A DNA stretch of 32,728 nt. It comes from Parcubacteria group bacterium GW2011_GWA2_45_30 (lineage in GTDB: Bacteria > Patescibacteriota > Minisyncoccia > Sungbacterales > HO2-52-23). A program made the position numbers and the translations under genes. Shown here piece by piece: positions 1 through 7,935 of the stretch; within the stretch, counting starts at the first letter, position 1, and the number at the start of each line of letters is the position of its first letter. Below the pieces are notes generated by a model, which made no database searches, was not told the origin of the DNA, and was given only the letters and a program-made list of their open reading frames with translations. The stretch covers positions 1 to 32,728 of the forward strand of contig LCKU01000002.1 in NCBI GenBank assembly GCA_001001625.1. Direction: 5' to 3'.

Positions 1-389
1 CCGGAGTAAAAAAGAACTCCGAGTGCGGCCACAAAAAATAAAGTGTCTGAAATACCCATAACAATTTAGAGATAACTTATAATCACCGCGCCGAGTATGG
101 CGTAGGCCAACAAACTTCCCACGCCGTCAAACAAAGCTGAAAACCAAGCCAGGGCCGCCGCATTCTCACCCAGATAGATCCTCGCGTATCCGGGCATCCG
201 ATGAACCCCGTGCGTATGCAAAACAACACCGTACAGCAGGTGCAGAAAAACCGCGATGGCGGTTAGAACAACGAGCAAGACCGTGCCAAGCCAAAAACCG
301 GAAGCGGCAAAAGCATACGGAATACCGAACATACCAACGCCTATGATCATGCCGGAGAGCATAAGAATCGCTTCTATATATCTCACCAT
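1..389 (-). pseudogene. Amino-acid permease paralog (tandem copy of the next gene) interrupted by an in-frame TAA at 66-68; runs off the window edge
   Basis: The 107-aa ORF 66..389 aligns almost residue for residue with the N-terminus of the adjacent permease (IEAxLxLSGMIIGVGMFxIPYxFAAxGFW ... LLAYxILG). After the TAA the same frame stays open to position 1 and still encodes TM-like sequence (IVMGISDTLFFVAALGVLFYS). Confidence 0.45.
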
Positions 390-1525
390 AGGGTCTTGCT
401 TAATTCATAGAAAACTCCGACGACAATCATAGCGCAAATTCCGAATTTCCATACATATGAAAAAGTAGAGAAAACACTTCCCGTATTTTGTTTTATTTTG
501 TGATACATGGCGATGGTAAGCGCCGAATCAATACCGACCGCAATTGCACCCACCGCCCCTATGATAACAATAAAATCATGCATGCCGGCAAGATACAATG
601 CGAATGGAAAAAATACCGCAATAATCCAAGCCAAAACCCGCGGGAATTTGAAATCAAGGTTAAGCAGTATCTGAAAACTTTTCCCAAGAACTATAAACGA
701 AGTAAACGCCGCCAGAAAACCGATTAAACTCCCAAAAAATATCAGATACCCCCCATCAAGAGCCCCTAAACTTGAAATTGTTTCTTCACTCACGCCGATT
801 CCGAATGTTCCAACCACCGCCAGCGCAAACAAAAAATAAAGCGCGGCTGGAATAAGGGTTCCGACAATAATCGCGCGCCGGACACTTGAACGTTCTTTGC
901 CAAGCACCATCACCAAATCAGGAATAACCGCGCCGCCGGACAAAGCAAAGAGCAACACGCCGTAGGGAATAAAAGCATTAAACGGATTAAGCCCGCCGAG
1001 GCGCGAGGCGTCAAAATGGAAAAACAGCAGGAATACAGAAAGAAGAATCGTAAAAACAATCAAAACTGCGGTGAGAATACCGTTAATCGCCGCTTCTTTG
1101 CGCAAAGGCAGAAATGTAATAAGCGCAGTGGCAAGTGTAATCACTGACGCCCAGAACAAACTACCGCCCCCCACGCCAAATTGCAGAAAAATCGTCTGCA
1201 TAAATTTTGAGCCAAGCAGGATATAGGCAAGCAAAACTCCGGTAATTCCAAATAGCGCGGAAAAGCGCGCAAGAAAAACAGCATAACGCCCAAGATAAAT
1301 TTGGGCATAACCGGGCAGACGATGAAATTCGGGAGTGGCCAACACAACCTCGCCATACAACAATTGAAAAAGCAAAATAACGCCGGTTAAAATCACAAGT
1401 TCCAAAACCCCGAACCAAAATCCCACCGCGGCAAAAGAATAAGGAATTGCAAACATCCCCACTCCGATTATCATGCCGGACAGTACAAGTACAGCTTCTA
1501 TAAATTTTGCATTGAAAAACTTCAT
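383..1525 (-). CDS. Amino-acid permease-type multi-pass membrane transporter
   Basis: Long hydrophobic ORF with many TM segments. The N-terminal GMIIGVGMFAIPYSFAAVGFW motif is typical of amino-acid (aromatic amino-acid type) permeases. Start placed at ATG 1525 (MKFFNAKF), since the longer ORF to 1573 overlaps the upstream gene. Its TGA (383-385) overlaps the ATG of the downstream paralog. Confidence 0.6.
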   Translation of the reverse strand: MKFFNAKFIEAVLVLSGMIIGVGMFAIPYSFAAVGFWFGVLELVILTGVILLFQLLYGEVVLATPEFHRLPGYAQIYLGRYAVFLARFSALFGITGVLLAYILLGSKFMQTIFLQFGVGGGSLFWASVITLATALITFLPLRKEAAINGILTAVLIVFTILLSVFLLFFHFDASRLGGLNPFNAFIPYGVLLFALSGGAVIPDLVMVLGKERSSVRRAIIVGTLIPAALYFLFALAVVGTFGIGVSEETISSLGALDGGYLIFFGSLIGFLAAFTSFIVLGKSFQILLNLDFKFPRVLAWIIAVFFPFALYLAGMHDFIVIIGAVGAIAVGIDSALTIAMYHKIKQNTGSVFSTFSYVWKFGICAMIVVGVFYELSKTLW

Positions 1526-1532
1526 ATATTTT

Positions 1533-2384
1533 TTATGCCATAATTTGCGCGGCGGCGATAGAGCCGAGTACAATCAGAAACGCGGCAAATTTTTTCCAAT
1601 GGAACGTCTCGCGCAAGAAAAAAATTGAAGCCAAATACACTAAAAATGGCATAAGGGAAAATAAAAGCACGGTATAAATTATGCCCGAGCGCTGGTAAGA
1701 GTAAAAATAAAACAACCAGGCAACGGTCGTAAGAAGGTTGGTTAAAATGAGCAGTAAAAAAACGCGCCAGGTAATTTTTTTCTCTTCTCTGAAAAATAAG
1801 GGGCCCAAAACGCAGGCGGCCACGCCATCCACCGCCAGACCCAAAACAATCGGATGCCAAACCATAAGAAGGGTTTTGTTTGCCGCCGCCTCAAGCGGAG
1901 CCGCCACGATCATCCACAAAAAATACGGCAGAGTGCGCCGCGCCATACGAAAATGGTTGCGCCCCCAATGCGACCACACAATTACCAAAGACGCTACCAG
2001 CGCTGGAATCAAAATAGAGAAGTTCTGCTCATCCGCAAACCAAATACTGGAAAATAATATAATCGGGATGTTACGAAACAAATCCAGGGTCTGAATTTCA
2101 TTCAAATGATCATGGTCCAGGGCCCGGTAAAAAAATAAATTTGTTCCCAGTGAAAGTACGATTGAAAACACAAGAAATAAAGGCAAGTTGCCGTAAAATA
2201 ACTCCTTGGATACCGGCGGACGCACGATTAAAAAAATCGCCAACGTGATAAGAAGTATAAGAGGAAAACTTACGCCGGTGTAGGTCTTATAATTCACGCG
2301 TTTAAGCGAGAGTATGGCTTTGTCCAGCGTAAAGGACGCGGCCTGCAGAACCGCTGCCAAAAATGGAAAAAGTAGCGCCATCAA
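1533..2384 (-). CDS. EamA/DMT-like drug-metabolite transporter family membrane protein
   Basis: 283-aa ORF with about ten hydrophobic segments. Size and two-halves layout are typical of EamA-domain transporters. Family call is from general sequence character only. Confidence 0.5.
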   Translation of the reverse strand: MMALLFPFLAAVLQAASFTLDKAILSLKRVNYKTYTGVSFPLILLITLAIFLIVRPPVSKELFYGNLPLFLVFSIVLSLGTNLFFYRALDHDHLNEIQTLDLFRNIPIILFSSIWFADEQNFSILIPALVASLVIVWSHWGRNHFRMARRTLPYFLWMIVAAPLEAAANKTLLMVWHPIVLGLAVDGVAACVLGPLFFREEKKITWRVFLLLILTNLLTTVAWLFYFYSYQRSGIIYTVLLFSLMPFLVYLASIFFLRETFHWKKFAAFLIVLGSIAAAQIMA

Positions 2385-2433
2385 CTATCATCATACCATT
2401 TTTATTATGCATATAACAGGAACCGCCCACACC

Positions 2434-2466
2434 ATAAATAAAAATCCGCACCGATGGATGCGGATT
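2434..2466 (-). terminator. Rho-independent terminator downstream of the 2469..3341 gene
   Basis: On the minus strand the stem AATCCGCA/TGCGGATT (2459-2466 pairs with 2443-2450) is followed by TTTTATTTAT. Confidence 0.55.
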
Positions 2467-2468
2467 TG

Positions 2469-3341
2469 TTAACGTTTTTCGAGACGGGAATTTATTTCCT
2501 GCTGCATTTTTTCCTTCCACTTGCCCGGGGTGTGTATAATTCGCTTGGCACCAAGCGCCTGCAATTCTTTGCGCGTTTTGGCTTGTTCCGAAATCGGTTT
2601 CCAGAACTCCGCAAGAATATTTTTTTGCTCCGCATCGTTAATACGCTGAGAAGACGGCAGACGAAATCGCTCGGCTTCAATCTCAATTTTACGCGGAAGA
2701 TCAAAAATAAATGCCGCGTTATCTTTTTTATCATTTTCCAATATGATGAAATTCGGAAAAATTATGCCTCGATACCCGGTAAATCCTTTAATCTTGTTTA
2801 AAAATCCGGAGATTGCCCTGGGCTGAGATTGCATGAATTCAAGCCGTTCCGGATCAGTAAGGTCCTTGCCGCCGCCCTCTCCCCGCACCGTTTTCTCGCG
2901 CGGCTCCCCCTCATCGTGATTCGGCAAAATATCAAGATTGGTCTTTTTCCAAAAACTTAGATTTACTCGCTCAATGATTTGAAGTATTTCTTTGGCAATA
3001 ACTTCTCGTGTAATATCAATACTCGAAGGCATCACGCCGTATTGCATGCCTCTTTCCGAAATAGTCCAGGTGAAACGAGCTTCTTTACCGTTCTTATTTG
3101 TATAAAATATGACTGCGTTAACACAATCCTCGGTAGCTCCATTTTCTTTCAAAAGCGGAATAAATGTCATTGAGCCAATCCCGGAAAGGCGCGAAGGGAA
3201 ATTCCCGCGCGGAACATCTTTAATATGCCCCTTCAGTACGCGCTCGAAAAGATCTCCAATCTCTTTTTCTTCAGCTTCTTTGGATGATTTTTTCCATGCG
3301 GACGGAAGGTCCGAAAAATTTTTAACTCCTTCTTTAACCAT
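2469..3341 (-). CDS. Hypothetical protein (290 aa), no family recognised
   Basis: Uninterrupted ORF with an ATG start, 6 nt downstream of the preceding gene's stop (operon-like). Charged, soluble-looking sequence. Confidence 0.6.
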   Translation of the reverse strand: MVKEGVKNFSDLPSAWKKSSKEAEEKEIGDLFERVLKGHIKDVPRGNFPSRLSGIGSMTFIPLLKENGATEDCVNAVIFYTNKNGKEARFTWTISERGMQYGVMPSSIDITREVIAKEILQIIERVNLSFWKKTNLDILPNHDEGEPREKTVRGEGGGKDLTDPERLEFMQSQPRAISGFLNKIKGFTGYRGIIFPNFIILENDKKDNAAFIFDLPRKIEIEAERFRLPSSQRINDAEQKNILAEFWKPISEQAKTRKELQALGAKRIIHTPGKWKEKMQQEINSRLEKR

Positions 3342-3347
3342 ATAAGA

Positions 3348-3593
3348 TTATCTCTTAAATATCATATCTCCTTCTTTGGCGGGTGAATCAAGTTTAACCG
3401 CGACCTCATCGCCTTTTTTGCCCGCCTCAACCGGCTTCTTATCCACCTGCATTGATCCTACTGCCTGCTCAAAATCAGACGTTTTGCCTTTCACGTTAAC
3501 CGTGTCGCCGACCTTAAGCGGCGCGTCAAGTTTTATCACCGCCACTCCGATTTTATCAAAATAATGGATTATTTTACCGAGTTTTTCTTCCAT
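3348..3593 (-). CDS. Small translation elongation factor-like protein (EF-Tu domain 2-like beta-barrel)
   Basis: The 81-aa ORF (GKIIHYFDKIGVAVIKLDAPLKVGDTVNVKGKTSDFEQAVGSMQVDKKPVEAGKKGDEVAVK) matches the pattern of the ~80-90 aa proteins annotated as elongation factor-like in archaea and small-genome bacteria (from memory). Confidence 0.6.
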   Translation of the reverse strand: MEEKLGKIIHYFDKIGVAVIKLDAPLKVGDTVNVKGKTSDFEQAVGSMQVDKKPVEAGKKGDEVAVKLDSPAKEGDMIFKR

Positions 3594-3600
3594 GGAATCG

Positions 3601-3682
3601 CGAACAGCGCTAACAGTAGCGAACAGCGCTAACAGTTTTTCTGTTCGTGCTGTTCGTGACTAATCTGTTCGTGCTGTTAGTG
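3601..3682. repeat. Composite direct plus inverted repeat cluster filling a whole intergenic spacer
   Basis: CGAACAGCGCTAACAGT occurs twice (3601-3617, 3620-3636). It is followed by two copies of the near-complementary CTGTTCGTGCTGTT(C/A)GTG (3641-3658, 3665-3682). The arrangement is A A (TTTTT) B B, giving nested hairpins. It lies exactly between the stop at 3684 and the start at 3593. Confidence 0.8.
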
Positions 3683-3683
3683 C

Positions 3684-4259
3684 TTACATCTCTACTATCT
3701 TATCTTTTTTTATTAACTCCAACAATTTTTCGACCAATTTTTTGGGATCTGAATCATATGCGATCCCGTTATGCACGCGGTGTGATTTTTCCACAATCTC
3801 CCGCATCTCATCCGCCATGCCGCCGGTGCCGGTTAAGACCCCAATGGGCTTTTGATCTTCAAAGGCAACTGTAAATTCATTTAAAGTCCCCATACGTCCG
3901 CAAGAAATAACTATGGCATCGGCCGCGCGGGTAAGCAACAAATTCCTGCCCGCGTAACCAAAGCCGGTATAAATAATGATGTCGTGATTATCCAGCGGCA
4001 ATTCGTATTTTTCCACATGCTCTTTTTCGGATCCGGCCGGCGAGACACCGACCACAAATCCACCCGCCTCTTTGGCTCCGATCGCCGCCCAATAAGGAGT
4101 TCCGGTGGTAGCGCCGGTCACCAAAACCGCGCCGTGTTTAACAATTTGCCGGCCGAGTTCTTTGGTTTTTTCCATAGCATCCGGCGCGCAATGTCCGGTT
4201 TCAGCCGCGCCGGATACGCAGATTTTTATTTTTAGATGGGGGTGAGAAATTGATTGCAT
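3684..4259 (-). CDS. TIGR00725/LOG-like (SLOG Rossmann-fold, lysine-decarboxylase-like family) protein
   Basis: KICVSGAAETG...GAVLVTGATTGTPYWAAIGAKEAGG..VGVSP...IIYTGFGYAGRNLLLTRAADAIVISCGRMGTLNEF fits the LOG/TIGR00725 pattern. Start moved to ATG 4259, because the ORF-track start at 4268 is a TTG. Confidence 0.6.
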   Translation of the reverse strand: MQSISHPHLKIKICVSGAAETGHCAPDAMEKTKELGRQIVKHGAVLVTGATTGTPYWAAIGAKEAGGFVVGVSPAGSEKEHVEKYELPLDNHDIIIYTGFGYAGRNLLLTRAADAIVISCGRMGTLNEFTVAFEDQKPIGVLTGTGGMADEMREIVEKSHRVHNGIAYDSDPKKLVEKLLELIKKDKIVEM

Positions 4260-4267
4260 AGTTATCA

Positions 4268-4307
4268 ACGAATAACGAATTTATTACGAATTTACGAATA
4301 AACGAAT
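4268..4307. repeat. ACGAAT short-period repeat cluster (intergenic copy)
   Basis: ACGAAT occurs five times at 4268, 4275, 4286, 4294 and 4302 (spacings 7, 11, 8, 8). The same motif and spacing recur at 12022-12045 and, reverse-complemented and in frame, inside recG (27493-27525). Confidence 0.75.
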
Positions 4308-4366
4308 TCCTTCATTGGGCTATTCTGATAGATTCAATATTCGTTAATGATCACATATATTATACC

Positions 4367-5713
4367 TCAAATCTCAAATTCGTCACCCAGCATCGGCGCG
4401 TCGGCCTGGATTCCCAGGCGGTCGCGGATTTCCTGCATAAAATGCAGGGCCTGGGATTGCTCTCCCTGCACCACGAATACGCGCTTTAAAGTGTCGCGGT
4501 TAGCCGCAACAAACGCATATAATTGCGGATTGTCGGCGTGCGCGGAGAACCCATTGATCTTGCGGATCTCGGCGGCAACCGAAACCTCTTCCTTGAAAAT
4601 TTTTATTTCTTTGGCGCCATCCAATAATCGCCTACCCAATGATCCTGCGGTCTGATAACCCACCACAAGTAAAATGCTGTTTTTGTCTTTTAAGTAGCGG
4701 CGCGCGTGGTGCAAAATTCTTCCGCCCTGCATCATGCCGGATCCGGCAATTATAACCTTGGGAGGAAGAACATCATTGATTGCTTTTGATTCTTCCACGC
4801 TTTCGGTAAATTGCAATTTACTGAATTTAAAAAGTTTCGGATGCTCTAAATATAATTTTTGAATCTCTTCTTTGTAATATGCGGGGTATGCTTCGTACAC
4901 CGAGGTTATACGGCTGGCCAAAGGAGAGTCCACAAAAACCGGCATTTCGGGAATACGCTTAAAATGAACCATATTGTTCAAAATATATAAAATGTCCTGC
5001 GTACGTTCAGTAGCAAACGCAGGGATCAAAAGGGTCCCCCGCCTACTGGCAATATCCTCCACCGCTCGTTCAAGTTTAAGCACACGCTCCTCCGGCATTT
5101 CATGCGCACGACCACCATAGGCTGATTCTACAATAAGATACTCAATGCCGCTTACCTTTTCCGACGGAGGCAGAAGAACCGATGGAATATTTCCCAAATC
5201 GCCGGAAAAAAGAAACTTTTTTTTCTCGGCGAATATCTCAATAAGGGCAGACCCCAAAATATGCCCGGCATCGTGAAACCGAACTTCAGTTTCTCCAAAA
5301 GAGATCTTTTCTCCGTATGATACGGTTCTCCAGCGGCCAAACGCGTCCTCAATATCTTTCGAAGAATAAAGTTCTTCTCCCCGGCGTTCGGACAAAGACA
5401 GAGCGTCCTCCAGCAGATGGCGCGCCATGTCTTTAGTGGGCGGAGTTGAATAAATAGCGCCCCCAAATCCGTATCGTACCAGCTTGGGTATTCTGCCTAT
5501 ATGGTCAACGTGCGCGTGCGTAACAAAAACCGCATCAATGGATTTAGGATCAAACTTAAACGGCCGCCCGTTTAAATCCGAACAAATATCACAGCCCTGA
5601 AACAGGCCGCAATCAATAAGAAATTTGTGGCTTTGGGTTTCAAGCAGATGGCACGCTCCGGTCACCTCTCCGGCTCCGCCGTGAAAAGAAATTTTCATGT
5701 CTATATCATACAC
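4367..5713 (-). CDS. MBL-fold beta-CASP family RNA-metabolising nuclease (CPSF/RNase J-like, COG1236 type)
   Basis: 448-aa ORF with the HxHxDH motif (THAHVDHIGRIP). Downstream region (YLIVESAYGG ... SAHAD) is beta-CASP-like, and length is typical of the family. Confidence 0.8.
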   Translation of the reverse strand: MYDIDMKISFHGGAGEVTGACHLLETQSHKFLIDCGLFQGCDICSDLNGRPFKFDPKSIDAVFVTHAHVDHIGRIPKLVRYGFGGAIYSTPPTKDMARHLLEDALSLSERRGEELYSSKDIEDAFGRWRTVSYGEKISFGETEVRFHDAGHILGSALIEIFAEKKKFLFSGDLGNIPSVLLPPSEKVSGIEYLIVESAYGGRAHEMPEERVLKLERAVEDIASRRGTLLIPAFATERTQDILYILNNMVHFKRIPEMPVFVDSPLASRITSVYEAYPAYYKEEIQKLYLEHPKLFKFSKLQFTESVEESKAINDVLPPKVIIAGSGMMQGGRILHHARRYLKDKNSILLVVGYQTAGSLGRRLLDGAKEIKIFKEEVSVAAEIRKINGFSAHADNPQLYAFVAANRDTLKRVFVVQGEQSQALHFMQEIRDRLGIQADAPMLGDEFEI

Positions 5714-5733
5714 TTTTTAATTCAAATAAAAAA

Positions 5734-5805
5734 TGCCCTCGGGCAGATTCGAACTGCCATTTCAGGCTTCGGAGGCCTGCGTCCTATCCATTGGACGACG
5801 AGGAC
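5734..5805 (-). tRNA. tRNA-Arg (anticodon CCG)
   Basis: Minus-strand sequence folds by hand into a cloverleaf: acceptor GTCCTCG/CGAGGGC, D-arm GTCC-AATGGATA-GGAC, anticodon arm CAGGC-CTCCGAA-GCCTG, T-arm GGCAG-TTCGAAT-CTGCC, discriminator A. 72 nt, with no encoded CCA. Confidence 0.85.
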
Positions 5806-5820
5806 ATATATTTTTCTTCA

Positions 5821-5852
5821 AGTGTAGCAAAATTTTCTCCAAACACAAAGGC
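5821..5852 (-). promoter_or_regulatory. Putative promoter of tRNA-Arg(CCG) with extended -10 TTTGC-TACACT
   Basis: The minus strand reads TTTGCTACACT about 10 nt upstream of the tRNA 5' end. It shares the TTTGCTAC(G/A)CT core with promoters at 20777-20805 and 24672-24700. The -35 is weak (TTTGTG/TTGTGT). Confidence 0.35.
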
Positions 5853-5989
5853 CTTGACTCATTGAAAAGCCAAGGCCCCCTGTTGCGCGGCTTTAACCGC
5901 GCTTATATCATATTCCACAAAGCCGCAGAAATCCCCTACTGAAAATTTTATTAAAACTTCGGAGATTCCTTTTGTGCCTTATGGAATCG

Positions 5990-6300
5990 GAAGGGGCGAT
6001 GATCCGGATCGGAGGACAAATGTGCGACCAATCCTCACATTTGTGATTCATCCTCCCACTTATGTATTCGTCACCATCTCATCAGAAAGAAAGACACTTG
6101 TGTAATTTTAGATCTTCTTCGTGAGAAAGCGTAGAAATAAGTGGGAGGACAAGTGAGTGTCTCTTTTTTGTCCTCCTATCCGGATCTCCATTTCCCGGAT
6201 TCGGGGCTCTTAAGTCCGGCATTTTCAGCCAAACACTTACCGAGGAGGGTCGGAAGTTTTAATCGGAGCCCCGAATCCGGGAAATGGAATATATTCCATA
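5990..6300. other. Non-coding region of nested long inverted repeats; candidate structured RNA(s) or MITE-like elements
   Basis: GATCCGGATCGGAGGACAAA (6001-6020) pairs with TTTGTCCTCCTATCCGGATC (6167-6186) at 19 of 20 positions. CCTCCCACTTA (6051-6061) pairs with TAAGTGGGAGG (6138-6148). A perfect 22-bp stem joins CCATTTCCCGGATTCGGGGCTC (6188-6209) and GAGCCCCGAATCCGGGAAATGG (6266-6287). There is a 16-nt palindrome, ATGGAATATATTCCAT, at 6284-6299. Only short, implausible ORFs are present. Confidence 0.6.
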
Positions 6301-6315
6301 TTATACACCGAAACG

Positions 6316-6345
6316 ATAAAAAAATCAAGCCATAAAATATGGCTT
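6316..6345 (-). terminator. Rho-independent terminator of the YkuK-like gene
   Basis: Minus strand: stem AAGCCAT/ATGGCTT (6339-6345 pairs with 6327-6333) followed by GATTTTTTTAT. Confidence 0.65.
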
Positions 6346-6374
6346 ATATATAATACTTTTATATGTCTCGTCAA

Positions 6375-6866
6375 CTATGTATGGCGGTCAGCCACCACTG
6401 ACGCCCCGAATGCATACGGCTTTATCACCGGAGTAAAATGATATCCCTTTATCATGCCAACCACCCCGTCAATCATCTCTTTGGTCGGGCCCCGCTCCCC
6501 GACATCCACGTGAATTTCGTTGCCATCCCAGAAAAACTCATCTCCCAAAATATTTTTCAGATGCGAACGGATTTCCTGCGCCAAAGTAATGGAACGGATT
6601 GCCTCCTGCCAAATACGATCGCGCATGGTCTTAAATTCTTGCGGTTCGGATTTGGTCCAAAAATGAATGGCGCCGTTTCCAACACGCCATATCGTAATGG
6701 CGGTCACGAGCGATACAGGATTATGGGAATCTGAATCCGTTCCGATAATGATTTTATAAAACCGTTTCGGATCTTTTTGCACAAATCGTTTAATCTCTAC
6801 CGCAACCCCCTCCCATCCTATTTTGCCGAATGTTTGACTATAAAATACGGTTTCTCCGATAGACAT
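6375..6866 (-). CDS. YkuK/DUF458 family RNase H-like protein
   Basis: Sequence (...FYKIIIGTDSDSHNPVSLVTAITIWRVGNGAIHFWTKS...IHVDVGERGPTKEMI...ADRHT) matches my recollection of the DUF458/YkuK family. Start is ambiguous: ATG at 6866 or TTG at 6881. Confidence 0.65.
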   Translation of the reverse strand: MSIGETVFYSQTFGKIGWEGVAVEIKRFVQKDPKRFYKIIIGTDSDSHNPVSLVTAITIWRVGNGAIHFWTKSEPQEFKTMRDRIWQEAIRSITLAQEIRSHLKNILGDEFFWDGNEIHVDVGERGPTKEMIDGVVGMIKGYHFTPVIKPYAFGASVVADRHT

Positions 6867-6906
6867 AATATCACTCGTCAATCATTTTTATTCAAAACTT
6901 CGGTCT

Positions 6907-6985
6907 GGATAAATGGAGCCGAAAATGTGACGGGATCCCTCCGGCAGAGCCGGCTTCCCTTGTCACATTTTCTCACCATTTATTC
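6907..6985. repeat. Intergenic long hairpin between the exonuclease-WYL gene and the YkuK-like gene
   Basis: AAAATGTGAC (6922-6931) pairs perfectly with GTCACATTTT (6962-6971). The outer pair GGATAAATGG/CCATTTATTC matches at 9 of 10 positions, and there is an inner CCGGC-AGA-GCCGG hairpin. It may terminate the upstream gene. Confidence 0.6.
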
Positions 6986-7053
6986 TCCGTTCCTGCGTTA
7001 ATTGAATAAAAAACGATTGACTCGCTCTTGGGGTTTGCTAAATGTATCCGCCA

Positions 7054-7875
7054 TTAAATAAAAAGTATCCCCTGCGCGTCAGTTGGAATCGCATACGTTT
7101 CGTCGGCAAGTTCCGCGCGCGCAATGCGATTCAGGCGAAACATACGAACGCCGTTGCGCAAATGGCAAAACGCCTCAATCTCGCCATTGGGCTTTATGCG
7201 ATAAACGTCAATCAGCCGTGATTTGCGAAATCCCAAGCCATCACTGTCGGCTGAAGATATATATTCAATGGCCAAACGCCGCCGATTGGAAAACGCCTCC
7301 GCCACCACATCCGTAACCGGACGCTTAATTTCCTTGCCCCAAGATACCGGAATTGAACGGATTGAGCCGTCGCGATTGGATTCAAAAAGCACATGCCCGT
7401 GCTTTTTCCCGTATTCATAAAGATCGCGCGTCAGGCGCACATCATCCAGACAATATTTTTTTACATCCTCAACTCGGCCCTCGCGAAACCACTGAAGCGC
7501 TTCCAATCCGTGTCCGGATTTGGATGCGCCCAGCGTAACTTTAGTTAATGCCTGCAACCCCACGCGATGCCCCAAGAATTTAGTCGCGTCCTCAAAAAGA
7601 TCCGAGACCGCGACCTTAGCAAAGGCGCCTTCGCGCAAATATGGCTCCATAACCGGAATGTCAAAATGATTAATATTGAAACCGATTATATGATTGCTTA
7701 CGGCAACCATCTCATCAAGTTTGGCAAGTTCGTGCTCCTCAAACGCAAAAAAGGCGTCCTGCGCATACGAATAGACGCCAGCCACCGAAATACCGAGTTC
7801 GCGAATATTACGCTCCCCCCCGACTTCGTCAAAGGTTTTTTTGGTTTCTACATCAATAACCAGAACATCGCTCAT
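7054..7875 (-). CDS. DEDDy-type 3'-5' exonuclease (RNase H-fold) fused to a C-terminal WYL-like domain
   Basis: Exo I is VIDVETKK, Exo II is IIGFNINHFDIPV, and Exo III is KKYCLDDVRLTRDLY (YxxxD). The C-terminal RRRLAIEYIS...SRLIDVYRIKPNGEIEAFCHLRNGVRMFRLNRIARAEL resembles the WYL-domain core, including the R.FRL.RI signature. Start placed at ATG 7875 (MSDVLVIDVE). Confidence 0.6.
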   Translation of the reverse strand: MSDVLVIDVETKKTFDEVGGERNIRELGISVAGVYSYAQDAFFAFEEHELAKLDEMVAVSNHIIGFNINHFDIPVMEPYLREGAFAKVAVSDLFEDATKFLGHRVGLQALTKVTLGASKSGHGLEALQWFREGRVEDVKKYCLDDVRLTRDLYEYGKKHGHVLFESNRDGSIRSIPVSWGKEIKRPVTDVVAEAFSNRRRLAIEYISSADSDGLGFRKSRLIDVYRIKPNGEIEAFCHLRNGVRMFRLNRIARAELADETYAIPTDAQGILFI

Positions 7876-7935
7876 ATAAAAATTAGTATATCTCGTCGGG
7901 CAATAAAAAACAACCCCGGCGCGGGATTGCAAAAA

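Noticed and set aside
66-68. Stop-codon reassignment (alternative genetic code) as an explanation for the in-frame TAA
   Set aside because: TAA, TAG and TGA all terminate long, well-supported genes in this window (for example TAA at porB and the LOG-like gene, TAG at the E1 fusion, TGA at ACAD and ruvA). All conserved genes are full length under the standard code.
3601-3682. Possible CRISPR array (also considered for the heptamer and CGAAT tracts)
   Set aside because: The repeat units are 7-19 nt with no unique spacers of 25-40 nt. There are only two to five units, and no cas genes are in the window.
6067-6085. Hammerhead-ribozyme-like core on the minus strand (CUGAUGAG...CGAA)
   Set aside because: No stem II can form between CUGAUGA and GAA. 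The second core element is GAAU rather than GAAA, and no stem I/III arrangement or cleavage triplet is evident.
6206-6222. UUAAGUCCGGC resembling the RNase P AAAGUCCGGGC motif, and CGGAUUCGGGG resembling a tmRNA 5' region
   Set aside because: These are isolated short similarities. There is no tRNA-like T-arm, no tag reading frame, and no other RNase P conserved regions in 5830-6370.
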